64,000 bases of DNA from an uncultured Gammaproteobacteria bacterium (GCA_964544585.1 CAZJBV010000004.1:5169-69168); one strand, 5' to 3'; positions 19,041-28,620 are shown, numbered from the stretch's first letter. Made by a program: numbers and translations. The notes: generated by a model from the letters alone, not told the origin.

Positions 19041-20027
19041 TTATTGAATTTTTCTATTCTTCATCATCTTCACATTGTAGTATTGTATACTTTCCATTGG
19101 ATTTGGTATCTGCCCTTTTTCATATGCTCTCTTCAAATCCATAATCGCCTCTTCAACCGTATGCTTCGGCTTAAACCCCAATTCTTTATAAATTTTCTTT
19201 GAAGAAATATGATAAGATCTCAAATCGTGAGTCCGAGTAAAAATGATCTTTATCCCGCTATCTCCTATTACCTTTTTTATCATTAAAGCTATTTCTTTGA
19301 GCGTATAATTTTCATATCCAGCATTAAATATTTTTCCCGCAATTTTCTTATCATCATACTCTAGAGTTTTTATATAAAGACCAGTCATATCCTCAATATG
19401 AATATTTGGTCGCTTCTGACTTCCTCCAAAAACTGTAATTTTTTTATTGACCAAAGCCTGCATACTAAGCATATTGACAGTCAGATCAAGTCTAAGCCTC
19501 TTTGAATAACCACACACGGTAGCTGGTCGAAGAACCAAAACTATAAAATCATGGTTTCCCTTTTTCAAAGTATATTCCTCCGACATTGCCTTATATTTCG
19601 AATAATCTGTTAAAGGTTCAAGAGACAACTCTTCGTGAACTTCTTTTTCCTTCTTTATCCCATACACGCTAGACGATGAAGCATAAATAAATCTCTTGAC
19701 TCCAGCATTCTTTGCCAAATCAGTTAGAAGTACAGTTGCATCATAATTTATAGATTTCCCTAAATTTGGGTCAAGCTCAAAACTCGGATCATTGGATATA
19801 CATGCTAAATGAATTACCGCATCGATCCCTTTTAATTCTCTTTGCAAAAGTCTCTTATCCCTTATATCTCCCTTTATCTCTCTTAATTTCCTATGTTTTT
19901 TAAAAACGGTTGGGTTATATAGATACCAATCGATAACCTTCACCTCATACCCTTTTTTCAAGAGTTTTGGCACAAGTACAGCCCCTACATACCCCGCTCC
20001 GCCCGTCACCAACACACGTTTTATCAT
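19041..20027 (-). CDS. NAD-dependent epimerase/dehydratase (extended SDR; heptose 6-epimerase/4-epimerase candidate)
   Basis: VLVTGGAGYVG Rossmann, SSSVYG, YxxxK; 328 aa. Adjacent to GmhA and the HldE-like gene. Confidence 0.7.
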   Translation of the reverse strand: MIKRVLVTGGAGYVGAVLVPKLLKKGYEVKVIDWYLYNPTVFKKHRKLREIKGDIRDKRLLQRELKGIDAVIHLACISNDPSFELDPNLGKSINYDATVLLTDLAKNAGVKRFIYASSSSVYGIKKEKEVHEELSLEPLTDYSKYKAMSEEYTLKKGNHDFIVLVLRPATVCGYSKRLRLDLTVNMLSMQALVNKKITVFGGSQKRPNIHIEDMTGLYIKTLEYDDKKIAGKIFNAGYENYTLKEIALMIKKVIGDSGIKIIFTRTHDLRSYHISSKKIYKELGFKPKHTVEEAIMDLKRAYEKGQIPNPMESIQYYNVKMMKNRKIQ

Positions 20028-20046
20028 AATAAAGTTTTAAAATTAG

Positions 20047-20099
20047 AAATTTAAAAATTTAAAATTGATTAAAAATTTAAAATTTAAAATTTAAAATTA
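20047..20099. repeat. Intergenic AAAATTT-type heptanucleotide array (3 perfect units at 20072-20092 plus degenerate units)
   Basis: Read directly. It lies between the stop of 20097..21644(-) and the start of 19041..20027(-), in the promoter/5' region of the latter. Confidence 0.8.
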
Positions 20100-21644
20100 T
20101 TTTAACAGTCTATTTATCATAATATGCATATCATCAAATGTAATCGATCTACTATTTCCAATAACCTGTACTTGTAAAGCTCCAGCTATATTTCCCAAAA
20201 AAGAAACCAACTCCACCGGCATCTGGCTGTAAACGCCTGGACTGGTAATCGCAAACAACGCATCCCCGGCTCCGACCCTATCTATCACACGCTGTGTCAA
20301 TGCCGGTGACAGCATGAAACCATCTTTTTCAGTGTAACTTATCGCCCCATTATAGCCTCTTGTTACTATAATTACCTGACACTTCATCTTTTTATATATC
20401 CGCCGAATTAGATCCTCTATATCCCCATATTTATCATGCATCGCCAGTCTCATTTCTTGCTCATCAATACACACATAATGCGCCCGTGGATATTTCGTAA
20501 TTACATTAAATCCATAGTTTGCGCTGTTTGCCTGGACATTCAATGCAATGTACTTTCCGTATTTGCAAATAGTTTTAACCAAAGCTTCGGTCAAAAATCC
20601 ATGTCCAAAATCATTAACAATAACCATGTCATACTTTAGTAATTCCTGTTTGAGTAATTTCTTTATACTCCGCTCTAATTTTCCTTCAATCTCATCATCA
20701 TCGATATAGCTTACCTGGAAAAGTTTCTGCTTCGTGTCAATATCCACGAATCGCCTCTTGATAACTGTATGCGTGCCTGATCTTATAAAAAAAGTATGAC
20801 GAATGGGCCTTTTTAGCCTCTTTTCTATAAATGATTGAAAAGAATTTTTCTCTCCCAAAAGACTAATAAGACTAATACGCTTTGATAATGACACCACATG
20901 ATTTGCAGTGGCGAGAGCCCCCCCCAAGTATGATTCTTCTGATAAAAATTTGTTGACAATCACAGGTTCTTTAGAAGATTTCCCCACCGGTTTAGAATAG
21001 TGATACTGATCAATGATCGCATCACCTATGATAAGTATTTTTATATCCTCCAATTTCCGCATCCAGTCAACCACATCGTCAGTAGTATAGTCACGCCTCA
21101 AATTCTCTAAATATCGCCTCGTGCGAGCGGGATAGACATCGATATATGAATTAATAAGTTTGGTCGAGGAAAAAACAATATCATCGGTAAACTCGAGCTT
21201 ACCCCCCACTTTTTTGACCGCCTCCTCTTCTTCCAGAAGCCTTTTATATATGGAAGTATCCTTCCTTATTCCTCTATAATCCGGGCCTTTCAGGTATACA
21301 TCAGGTTTAATAGCCATTATTGCCGCCACCGCGCTCTCTGACCTATCTATAGAAACATAATCAACAAAAGATATAGAAGATAAAAACTCTGCCCGGAGTC
21401 TCTCATGAAAAATAGGTCTTCCCGGACCTTTTTTGACAAAAACATCAGCCGTGATCGTCACAACGACTATATCTCCCCTTTTTTTCGCCTCCTCAAAATA
21501 GCGGATATGCCCCGGATGAATAAGATCAAATACTCCATGACAATGTATTATCTTTTTTCCCTCCTTTTTCAACCTGGATATTATTTTAGATAAATCCGAA
21601 ATTCTTTTTACCTTTTTTCTTGGATTGATTTCCATGTGTGGCAA
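20097..21644 (-). CDS. Bifunctional heptose-phosphate kinase / nucleotidyltransferase, HldE(RfaE)-like but with reversed domain order (N-terminal cytidylyltransferase-like, C-terminal PfkB kinase)
   Basis: N-terminus HCHGVFDLIHPGHIRYFEEAKKRGDIVVVTITAD matches HldE domain II (GVFDILHAGH...AVNSD). C-terminus IKILIIGDAIIDQY...GGALATANHV...VIDRVGAGDALFA matches the ribokinase-like domain I. Confidence 0.7.
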   Translation of the reverse strand: MPHMEINPRKKVKRISDLSKIISRLKKEGKKIIHCHGVFDLIHPGHIRYFEEAKKRGDIVVVTITADVFVKKGPGRPIFHERLRAEFLSSISFVDYVSIDRSESAVAAIMAIKPDVYLKGPDYRGIRKDTSIYKRLLEEEEAVKKVGGKLEFTDDIVFSSTKLINSYIDVYPARTRRYLENLRRDYTTDDVVDWMRKLEDIKILIIGDAIIDQYHYSKPVGKSSKEPVIVNKFLSEESYLGGALATANHVVSLSKRISLISLLGEKNSFQSFIEKRLKRPIRHTFFIRSGTHTVIKRRFVDIDTKQKLFQVSYIDDDEIEGKLERSIKKLLKQELLKYDMVIVNDFGHGFLTEALVKTICKYGKYIALNVQANSANYGFNVITKYPRAHYVCIDEQEMRLAMHDKYGDIEDLIRRIYKKMKCQVIIVTRGYNGAISYTEKDGFMLSPALTQRVIDRVGAGDALFAITSPGVYSQMPVELVSFLGNIAGALQVQVIGNSRSITFDDMHIMINRLLK

Positions 21645-21707
21645 TAATAACGGGGGAACTCAAAGAATTCAAGAGGACCAATTGATTTACTCATATTCAG
21701 CATATCC

Positions 21708-21736
21708 TTGACAACTAATAGTTCTTATTGTATCAT
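21708..21736 (+). promoter_or_regulatory. Sigma70-like promoter TTGACA-N17-TATCAT upstream of brnT
   Basis: -35 at 21708-21713, -10 at 21731-21736, ATG at 21748. Confidence 0.45.
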
Positions 21737-21747
21737 ACAGTATATAC

Positions 21748-22059
21748 ATGGATGTGATTGATGATGTTACAGAATTTGAATGGGATAAAGGAAATAAAGA
21801 TAAAAACTGGATAAAACATAAAGTACGCCAAGAAGAAGCAGAACAAGCTTTCTTTGATAAAAATAAAGTAATATCAGATAACCTATCGCGCTCACAAAAG
21901 GAGAAAAGATATATTTTACTAGGCAAGACAAAAGAAGAAAGACTTTTATATATTGTCTGTACTGTAAGAAAACAAAAAATTAGAGTTATTTCTGCTCGAG
22001 ATATAAATAAAAAGGAGGTAAAATTATATGAAAAAACCACTAAAAATACCAAAATTTAA
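21748..22059 (+). CDS. brnT: BrnT-family (DUF497) type II toxin
   Basis: FEWDKGNKDKNWIKHKV...EAEQAF...RYILLGKT...RLLYIVCTVR..IRVISARD matches the BrnT consensus. Confidence 0.65.
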   Translation: MDVIDDVTEFEWDKGNKDKNWIKHKVRQEEAEQAFFDKNKVISDNLSRSQKEKRYILLGKTKEERLLYIVCTVRKQKIRVISARDINKKEVKLYEKTTKNTKI

Positions 22060-22294
22060 AACAGAGGACGAGGAAAGGGATTTCTGGGCTCGGCTTGATT
22101 TAGCGGAATACTTTGAGCCTGCTGATTTCCATAGAGTTTCATTTCCCAACCTAAAACCAACTACCAGACCTATCTCCATAAGACTTCCAGAGTATTTAAT
22201 AAATATGGTCAAAGAAAAAGCCAACGAACTCTCTATCCCCTATCAAAGCCTGATTAAACAATACATTAAAAAAGGAGTAATGTCAGAATTATAA
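22028..22294 (+). CDS. brnA: BrnA-type (CopG/RHH-like) antitoxin
   Basis: RPISIRLPEYLINMVKEKANELSIPYQSLIKQYIKKGV matches the BrnA C-terminus. Preceded by an AGGAGG Shine-Dalgarno. Confidence 0.6.
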   Translation: MKKPLKIPKFKTEDEERDFWARLDLAEYFEPADFHRVSFPNLKPTTRPISIRLPEYLINMVKEKANELSIPYQSLIKQYIKKGVMSEL

Positions 22295-22300
22295 TTTACT

Positions 22301-23284
22301 TTAGGTTAGATACCTAAACCACTCCCTTGTTTCTTTTCTTATTTTTTTTGGAGTCCATACAGGAGCTTTTTTCCAATAATCAATATTTTCCAGCATAATT
22401 TTTACCCCCTCCGCAAAAATCACTTTCGGTCTCCAACCTAAGGCTTTCTGAATTTTTCTAATATCCGCTTGTGTTTTATCCGGTTCTCCAGGTCGCTTGG
22501 GTATATACGTCACTTTTCCACCTAAAAGCTTAACCAATGTATTTACACTCTGAGGCTTTCCAGTTCCCACATTAAAAACTTCTCCACTCACTTTGGATTC
22601 CACAGCTTTTATAAATGCATCTATAACATCAGTCACAAAAGTAAAATCTCGAACTTGGGTCCCATCTCCTACTACAGTAAAAGGACAACCAGCAAGCTTT
22701 TGCGCCAAAAAAACTCCAAACACGGCCCCATATGTACCTGATGTCCTCGATCGCGGCCCATATACATTAAAAAGCCTCAACGAAATAAGCGGAAGTTTAT
22801 ATATATGCGCCCAGGAAAGAGCATAAATTTCTCCAGCATATTTTGTCAGTGCATAAGGATATCGAGGATCGATTTCTGCCACTTCACTGGTCGGATATGT
22901 TTTGGGAATTCCATAACAAGACGATGATGCAGTATAAATAAATCTTTTTATTCCTGCCTGTCTCGCTGCCTCAAGTACATTAAACGTTCCATCCACATTA
23001 GCCCGATGATAATCCAATGGCCTTATTATCGAAGGTACAATGTCGGCTAGGGCCGCCAAATGAAAAACCCAATCTACTTTCTGAAAATATTTGTCGAGTT
23101 TCTCAACATTTTTTGAAATATCTACTCGGAAAAAGCTTAATTTGTCACTTTTAATATATGAAAGATTCTCTCTTCTTCCAGTTGCCAGATTATCCAAGAC
23201 AATTACACTATGACCATCCCTAATAAGACGCTCAACCAAATGGCTTCCTATAAATCCCGCTCCTCCGGTAACAAGTGTTTTCAT
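22301..23284 (-). CDS. NAD-dependent epimerase/dehydratase (UDP-glucuronate decarboxylase/4-epimerase-like)
   Basis: LVTGGAGFIGSHLVERL, ASSSSCYG, YALTKYAGE; 327 aa. Confidence 0.8.
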   Translation of the reverse strand: MKTLVTGGAGFIGSHLVERLIRDGHSVIVLDNLATGRRENLSYIKSDKLSFFRVDISKNVEKLDKYFQKVDWVFHLAALADIVPSIIRPLDYHRANVDGTFNVLEAARQAGIKRFIYTASSSCYGIPKTYPTSEVAEIDPRYPYALTKYAGEIYALSWAHIYKLPLISLRLFNVYGPRSRTSGTYGAVFGVFLAQKLAGCPFTVVGDGTQVRDFTFVTDVIDAFIKAVESKVSGEVFNVGTGKPQSVNTLVKLLGGKVTYIPKRPGEPDKTQADIRKIQKALGWRPKVIFAEGVKIMLENIDYWKKAPVWTPKKIRKETREWFRYLT

Positions 23285-24855
23285 AATTTTAATTCATATA
23301 AACTAATGTTTTCTCTCTCATAAATCTTTTTAATAAACGTATATTTCTCAAAACCTCCTCCACCAGCCGCTAAAATATGGCTTATATTGTTTTTCTGTAT
23401 TAAATCTTTTGCTTCAACTTCTGTTAAAACTCCATCCAATATTTGTAAAGCTTCTTGCGTTTTTTTATTCCCATCTATTGTCATATGAGAAATGGGGTCT
23501 CCATAATATACCCTTCTCCCCGTTATAGCCGGAAATGACTCATTATATGGCCATCTGACAAGAAAAATACTTTCGGCAGATGTATTTTTCTTTGCAAAAT
23601 GATACGTTTCATAAACATCTTTTGGTAGATAAATTAGTCCCCTATCATTAGTCTTTGCTACAAGATCATCTTCAAGTTGTCCTAAATAAGATGCTGCTGT
23701 CAAAGATGCATAAATTAAAATAATTGTTATTATCACCCATACTCTCCATTTTTTAAAAAATGATGAGATAAAAATTATTCCCTCAGTCGCCACTGCGGCA
23801 ATGAAAATATAAATAGCTTGGGGCCAAAATCGCACATTCATAATTCCCAATGAAAAATGTAATTTACTTACAAATAGGGTAAAACAAATAATGATAAATA
23901 TTAGACCAAATATTCTTTCATGCTTTAGACTCTTTATAAATGGAAAAATACCTAAAATAGCAAATAAAGACACGGGCCCGTTCGCATAAAAGAACGAAAT
24001 AAAGTCCATTGGTAGCCTCTGATAAGATTCCCAAGTTAAAATAGTACTGTAGGGGATAGTTTTATATATTTCCTGGATATAAAAAGCCGGAAATACTCCA
24101 CCGAAAAAGTATACAACAAGTGGCACAAACAACTTAAATCCCCCCCGAATACCTGCAATTAATCCCGCTCCCAAAACTAGCACCCAGAAAATAGGACTAA
24201 TACTAGCTAAAAGAAAACCAGAAAGACTAAGTAATAATAGATGCCTTTTATATAAAATACGCAATCGACCTATTATTAACAAATAAAAAAAGAAAGAAAA
24301 GGCAAGAAGTGCGCTTGCCAAAAGATGATTCGGAGTAGGCCCAAATCTCGAGAAAAAATTTCCCGTGTTATACCAGAAGTAATGATACCCAAAATCTAAA
24401 CCTTGCTTTGATATTTCCACAATTGGCCATGCGGTAGAAGAGGCAAATAAAAAGAATGATAAAATTCTCTTCAATCTGGAATCAGGAAAAATAAGCCGAA
24501 GAACTAAATAGGATGCAATAAAAAATAATATCCTAAAAAGAAATACTCCTACATGATAAATACCAATCGGTCCAAAGCCAAATTTTGTCAGTATAAAGCC
24601 AAGAAGTACAAATTCCCATCTAGATAAATTTTTAGGCACATTTTCTGCCGTATACAAAAGTGCAGAAGACAAAATATTATTTTCTCCTTGTACAATCCAC
24701 GATATATAATTGAAATAGTCAGGCGCATAATGAATAGTCCCCAGGTAGATATTCCCAGGCTGTGTCCGTATCCAGTCGGCAATAAATCCTAGAGTTAACA
24801 GAAAAACGCAAGCAGTAGTTATTCCCAAAATCGAAATCCATTCCCTTTTGTTCAT
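23281..24855 (-). CDS. Member of 7-copy paralogous ~540-aa polytopic membrane protein family (putative GT-C glycosyltransferase)
   Basis: Shares the N-terminal loop pattern H-x-(A/N)-x-D-(Y/F)-x-x-Y-x-S-x-x-Q-G-E and the C-terminal Y-x-G pattern with the other six copies. Confidence 0.45.
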   Translation of the reverse strand: MNKREWISILGITTACVFLLTLGFIADWIRTQPGNIYLGTIHYAPDYFNYISWIVQGENNILSSALLYTAENVPKNLSRWEFVLLGFILTKFGFGPIGIYHVGVFLFRILFFIASYLVLRLIFPDSRLKRILSFFLFASSTAWPIVEISKQGLDFGYHYFWYNTGNFFSRFGPTPNHLLASALLAFSFFFYLLIIGRLRILYKRHLLLLSLSGFLLASISPIFWVLVLGAGLIAGIRGGFKLFVPLVVYFFGGVFPAFYIQEIYKTIPYSTILTWESYQRLPMDFISFFYANGPVSLFAILGIFPFIKSLKHERIFGLIFIIICFTLFVSKLHFSLGIMNVRFWPQAIYIFIAAVATEGIIFISSFFKKWRVWVIITIILIYASLTAASYLGQLEDDLVAKTNDRGLIYLPKDVYETYHFAKKNTSAESIFLVRWPYNESFPAITGRRVYYGDPISHMTIDGNKKTQEALQILDGVLTEVEAKDLIQKNNISHILAAGGGGFEKYTFIKKIYERENISLYELKL

Positions 24856-25757
24856 ACGAGCACTCTATTTATACCCTCGGCAAGAGATATTTTTGGCTTC
24901 CAACCAGTATAGTTAAATATTTTTGATATATCCGCAAGAGTTAAATGTGGCTCCTTTTCAATCATCGGAACATATTTAATTTTACCGCCAAGAAGCTTGG
25001 TGAGTTCGTTCATGCTGTATGCTTTTCCATTTCCAATATTAAAAACTTCTCCCGTATATTTTGCATAAGCCAAATATAAAAATGCATCATAAACATCATC
25101 TACATATGTAAAATCTCTTTTCTGCCTTCCATCCCCTCGTATTGTCAGTGGCTTTCCCTCTCGTAATTGATTTATAAAAATTGAAAGCGTCGGACCATAA
25201 TATCCTGATATCCTATTTTTAAACCCATATACGTTAAAAAGCCGGGTTATAACAACTGGAAGCTTATATACCCTGAAATAATGGAGGCAATATTTCTCTC
25301 CAATATATTTCGTCACAGAGTATGGATAATCCAGACTAATCTTGGCACTTTCAGGAGTCGGATATAGTAAAGGCGTACCATAGACAGACGCAGTTGAAAC
25401 GTAAATAAACTTCTTTATATTCATTTGCCTGGCTAACTCCAAAACATTGACCGTCCCATTGACATTGACTAAGTGATATCCCACCGGATCAAGTTTTGAA
25501 ACCGCATTACCAATTTTTGCCGCAAGATGAAAAACCCAATCTACTTCTCCAATACTTTTTTTGTTTAAATTAGAAGCATTCGAAATATCAGCTTTAATGA
25601 GAGTTAATTTATCTTTATATTTCTTGTTTGCATTCAAATGTTCTTCCAACCCCAGCCGAAATTTGTCTATTCCAATTACAGTATGCCCATCTACAAGCAG
25701 CCTATCTATAAAATGGCTTCCAATAAACCCCGCCGCCCCAGTAACCAAAACTTTCAT
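24852..25757 (-). CDS. NAD-dependent epimerase/dehydratase
   Basis: VLVTGAAGFIGSHFIDRL, STASVYG, YSVTKYIGE; 301 aa. Confidence 0.75.
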   Translation of the reverse strand: MKVLVTGAAGFIGSHFIDRLLVDGHTVIGIDKFRLGLEEHLNANKKYKDKLTLIKADISNASNLNKKSIGEVDWVFHLAAKIGNAVSKLDPVGYHLVNVNGTVNVLELARQMNIKKFIYVSTASVYGTPLLYPTPESAKISLDYPYSVTKYIGEKYCLHYFRVYKLPVVITRLFNVYGFKNRISGYYGPTLSIFINQLREGKPLTIRGDGRQKRDFTYVDDVYDAFLYLAYAKYTGEVFNIGNGKAYSMNELTKLLGGKIKYVPMIEKEPHLTLADISKIFNYTGWKPKISLAEGINRVLV

Positions 25758-25760
25758 AAG

Positions 25761-26279
25761 TTATGTGTACAGCTTCTTAAATATCATAAACAAGCTGTGA
25801 TGCAATCGAAATATAGAAAATCTATTAACCAAGTTATAAATATCTCCCTGTACTTTTACCTCTCCACTTTTTAAAAGTCTTTTCAGGCGTTCATCAACAA
25901 TCATTCTCTCATTATATTTTTCAATGATTGATTTTTTGTTTATTCCATTACTACCCGCAATATATATTTCCCTCAAAATCCTCACTCTCAAAGAAGCAAC
26001 CATCATCCCAAAAAAACCCAATATATAAGACGCCGCCAGTAAGTTGAAAAGAATAAAACTTATTAGAAGTAAAACAAAATAAACTCCAATCGTTTGGTTT
26101 AAGAGAAATAAAAATATTGAAATAAAGATTAAAGAAATTATGTTGCCACCGACAAAAGTGAATAAAAGACCTCTAATTACACTATGTTTATCAATGCTTC
26201 GAAAAACTAAAAAATGAATAAATACAAATAAAAAAAGCGATATAAAAGAAGCAAATATAACAGCAAAATCCACTTTCAA
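25761..26279 (-). CDS. Small membrane protein (3-4 TM) with C-terminal winged-helix-like soluble tail
   Basis: 172 aa. It has the same architecture as its neighbour 26276..26788. Function unknown (GtrA-like flippase or membrane-tethered regulator are guesses). Confidence 0.3.
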   Translation of the reverse strand: MKVDFAVIFASFISLFLFVFIHFLVFRSIDKHSVIRGLLFTFVGGNIISLIFISIFLFLLNQTIGVYFVLLLISFILFNLLAASYILGFFGMMVASLRVRILREIYIAGSNGINKKSIIEKYNERMIVDERLKRLLKSGEVKVQGDIYNLVNRFSIFRLHHSLFMIFKKLYT

Positions 26280-26788
26280 CCTCCTTTATTCCATCTAAAA
26301 AAATTCCTATACTTTTCAAATATAAACATAATTAATCTACCTCTATTGGTTATAATATAAACTCCACTTTTTTCAATTACCATTCCCGCATCAATCAAGT
26401 TCCTGAGCCTTATATGAACAAGCGATGCATCCGAAAAATAAGAAATTATCTGCTCATAAGACTTTGCTCCACCCTCAAGATGATAAAAAATACGCGATGA
26501 AGGGCTATCCTCCCCAAGATAGGCATTGGCAAAATATAAAAAGTATAAAAAAGACAAAAGGGCATAAATTAAACTTGCCGTGATTGGTAACGAGACATTC
26601 CACCAAGAGATAGATGTGATTTTAGTTGAAAGGTAAAGCAATAAGAGTAATGTTGCTATAAATCCAAAACCCAAAATATAAATGCTTCGATAAGTTTTAA
26701 CTCCGTAAGATAAAAGAAATCGATGAAGAAAAATGTGTCCTATTACACTCAATAGGAAAAAAAATAAACTTAATAAAACATATATCAT
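26276..26788 (-). CDS. Small membrane protein (3-4 TM) with C-terminal winged-helix-like soluble tail (paralog of 25761..26279)
   Basis: 170 aa; C-terminal LVHIRLRNLIDAGMVIEKSGVYIITNRG. Confidence 0.3.
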   Translation of the reverse strand: MIYVLLSLFFFLLSVIGHIFLHRFLLSYGVKTYRSIYILGFGFIATLLLLLYLSTKITSISWWNVSLPITASLIYALLSFLYFLYFANAYLGEDSPSSRIFYHLEGGAKSYEQIISYFSDASLVHIRLRNLIDAGMVIEKSGVYIITNRGRLIMFIFEKYRNFFRWNKGG

Positions 26789-26800
26789 GGAATTATAAAA

Positions 26801-27517
26801 TTAAGAAAAATATACTCTCCTATATAAGGATATAGTATTTCCTAAAGCTTGCAAAACGCCTCTTACTGTTAAAATTTTAGAAGACCCATGCTGTCGCGGG
26901 GTATGCTCAAATGGTATCTCTTTAATCGTCGCATTTTTTTTTAGAAGTAATACCTTTATCTCACCTAATATTGCAATACTTTCCGAGGCAAGCCTTAGAT
27001 TCTTAATAAGTTTTGTTTTACAAACAAAATAACCGGTGAAATAATGCAATCTTAAACCAAAAAGAAGATTCATCAAAAGTACATAACTTCTAGAGGCAAT
27101 ACGCCGGAAAAATGTCCTAGCAGATGGATTACTCATATAAGACGAAATAATATCAGTATTCCTCGCCTCCTTCATCAAGAAAAGAAGCGATTTCCAAGAC
27201 ATATCATTATCTCCAGGAAATCCTCCAAAGTATTCTTTTGATGCCTTTCTGATTCCTCTTCTAAACGCATATCCAAATCCTTTATTCACCTCATTATGCA
27301 AAACAATTATATGTGTGTCTTTCTTTGCCAGGTCTTCCATTATTCTCCCCGTAGAGTCATCGCTTCCATCATCAACTAAAATTACCTCATAGTTACTAGT
27401 CACATTCTCACAGGCTTTTTGCACACTTTCCCAAGCATCCTTAATATTTTTCTCTTCATTATATGCACAGACTACAATCGAAAAACTCATGTATAAAACT
27501 CTCTTATCTTTTTGCAC
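26801..27517 (-). CDS. Family 2 glycosyltransferase (polyprenyl-phosphate sugar synthase, GtrB/DPM1-like catalytic domain)
   Basis: FSIVVCAYNEEKNI...VILVDDGSDDST... Confidence 0.8.
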   Translation of the reverse strand: MQKDKRVLYMSFSIVVCAYNEEKNIKDAWESVQKACENVTSNYEVILVDDGSDDSTGRIMEDLAKKDTHIIVLHNEVNKGFGYAFRRGIRKASKEYFGGFPGDNDMSWKSLLFLMKEARNTDIISSYMSNPSARTFFRRIASRSYVLLMNLLFGLRLHYFTGYFVCKTKLIKNLRLASESIAILGEIKVLLLKKNATIKEIPFEHTPRQHGSSKILTVRGVLQALGNTISLYRRVYFS

Positions 27518-28620
27518 ACATACTTGACTTGTTCTTTTGAAAGATACTGATTACAAGGTAGCGTAATTATGGTTTCTGCCTGTCTTTCTGTAACCGGAAA
27601 ACTTCCTTTTTTATAACCCAAGTACTTGGCAGCTTTCTGCATATGAATAGGAATCGGATAGTGTATTTTTACCTCGACTCCATTTTCAATAAGATATTTA
27701 TATAACCCATCACGCTTTTTAACTTGGACGACATAATTTGTATATGTAGGCAAGGTAGGTCTAGCACACACAGTACGTGAAGGAATATGCACAAACTCTT
27801 CTAAACCTGAAAGACCTTTATCATACCAACCAGCTACCTGCTTCCTTTTTCTTAGGAGTTTATCATGTTCAGAAAGCAGAGTATCGACAATTACTGCCTG
27901 CACGCTATCCAGTCTACTGTTATGAGCAAAAAATTCGACATGATCACGATCAACTAAACCGTGATTTCGCATTAGCCTAAGTTTTGCTGCCAATTTATCA
28001 TCATTTATTGAAATTGCTCCACCATCTCCCCATACATTCAGAATCTTCAATGGATGAAAAGAAAAACATCCGGCTGTTCCAAAACTGCCAGCACATTTCC
28101 CATCATATTTTGCCAAAGCCGCCTGCGCCACATCCTCAATCACATGGAGCTTATATTTCTTCGCAATATCTAAAATTGGATACATATCCGCCAAATTTCC
28201 AATAAGATGTACCGGAATAATTGCTCGTGTTTTTGAGGTTATTGCCTTTTCCAAAAGATCCGGATCCATTGTATAGTCATCTCTGACATCGACAAATCTG
28301 GGAGTTGCTCCAACCAAAGCTATCACCGATGCGCTCGCCACAAAGCTGTTTGGCGCCGTGATTACCTCATCCCCTGGCCCAATACCGAGCGCCAAAAGAG
28401 ACAGAAACAAAGCATCCGTCCCATTGGCCACCCCAATCACATGTTTAACCCCCAATTTCTTGGCAAATCGCTTTTCGAAGTCCCCAACCCTTTTTCCAAG
28501 CGTAAAATCCCCCTTGTCTACAACCTCTTTTATCCCCTGTAAATACTTTCCTATCTCTGGATAAAACTGCTCATGAAGATAAACATAGGGTACTTTAAAT
28601 TTCTTATTCGCCTTTTTCAT
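27487..28620 (-). CDS. DegT/DnrJ/EryC1 family PLP-dependent sugar aminotransferase (third copy)
   Basis: Blocks GVANGTDALFLSL, AIIPVHLIGNLADM, VIEDVAQAALAK, GTAGCFSFHPLKILNVWGDGGAISIND. The start is trimmed to the internal Met because the full ORF (to 28707) leaves no intergenic space before the divergent gene at 28708. Confidence 0.75.
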   Translation of the reverse strand: MKKANKKFKVPYVYLHEQFYPEIGKYLQGIKEVVDKGDFTLGKRVGDFEKRFAKKLGVKHVIGVANGTDALFLSLLALGIGPGDEVITAPNSFVASASVIALVGATPRFVDVRDDYTMDPDLLEKAITSKTRAIIPVHLIGNLADMYPILDIAKKYKLHVIEDVAQAALAKYDGKCAGSFGTAGCFSFHPLKILNVWGDGGAISINDDKLAAKLRLMRNHGLVDRDHVEFFAHNSRLDSVQAVIVDTLLSEHDKLLRKRKQVAGWYDKGLSGLEEFVHIPSRTVCARPTLPTYTNYVVQVKKRDGLYKYLIENGVEVKIHYPIPIHMQKAAKYLGYKKGSFPVTERQAETIITLPCNQYLSKEQVKYVCKKIREFYT

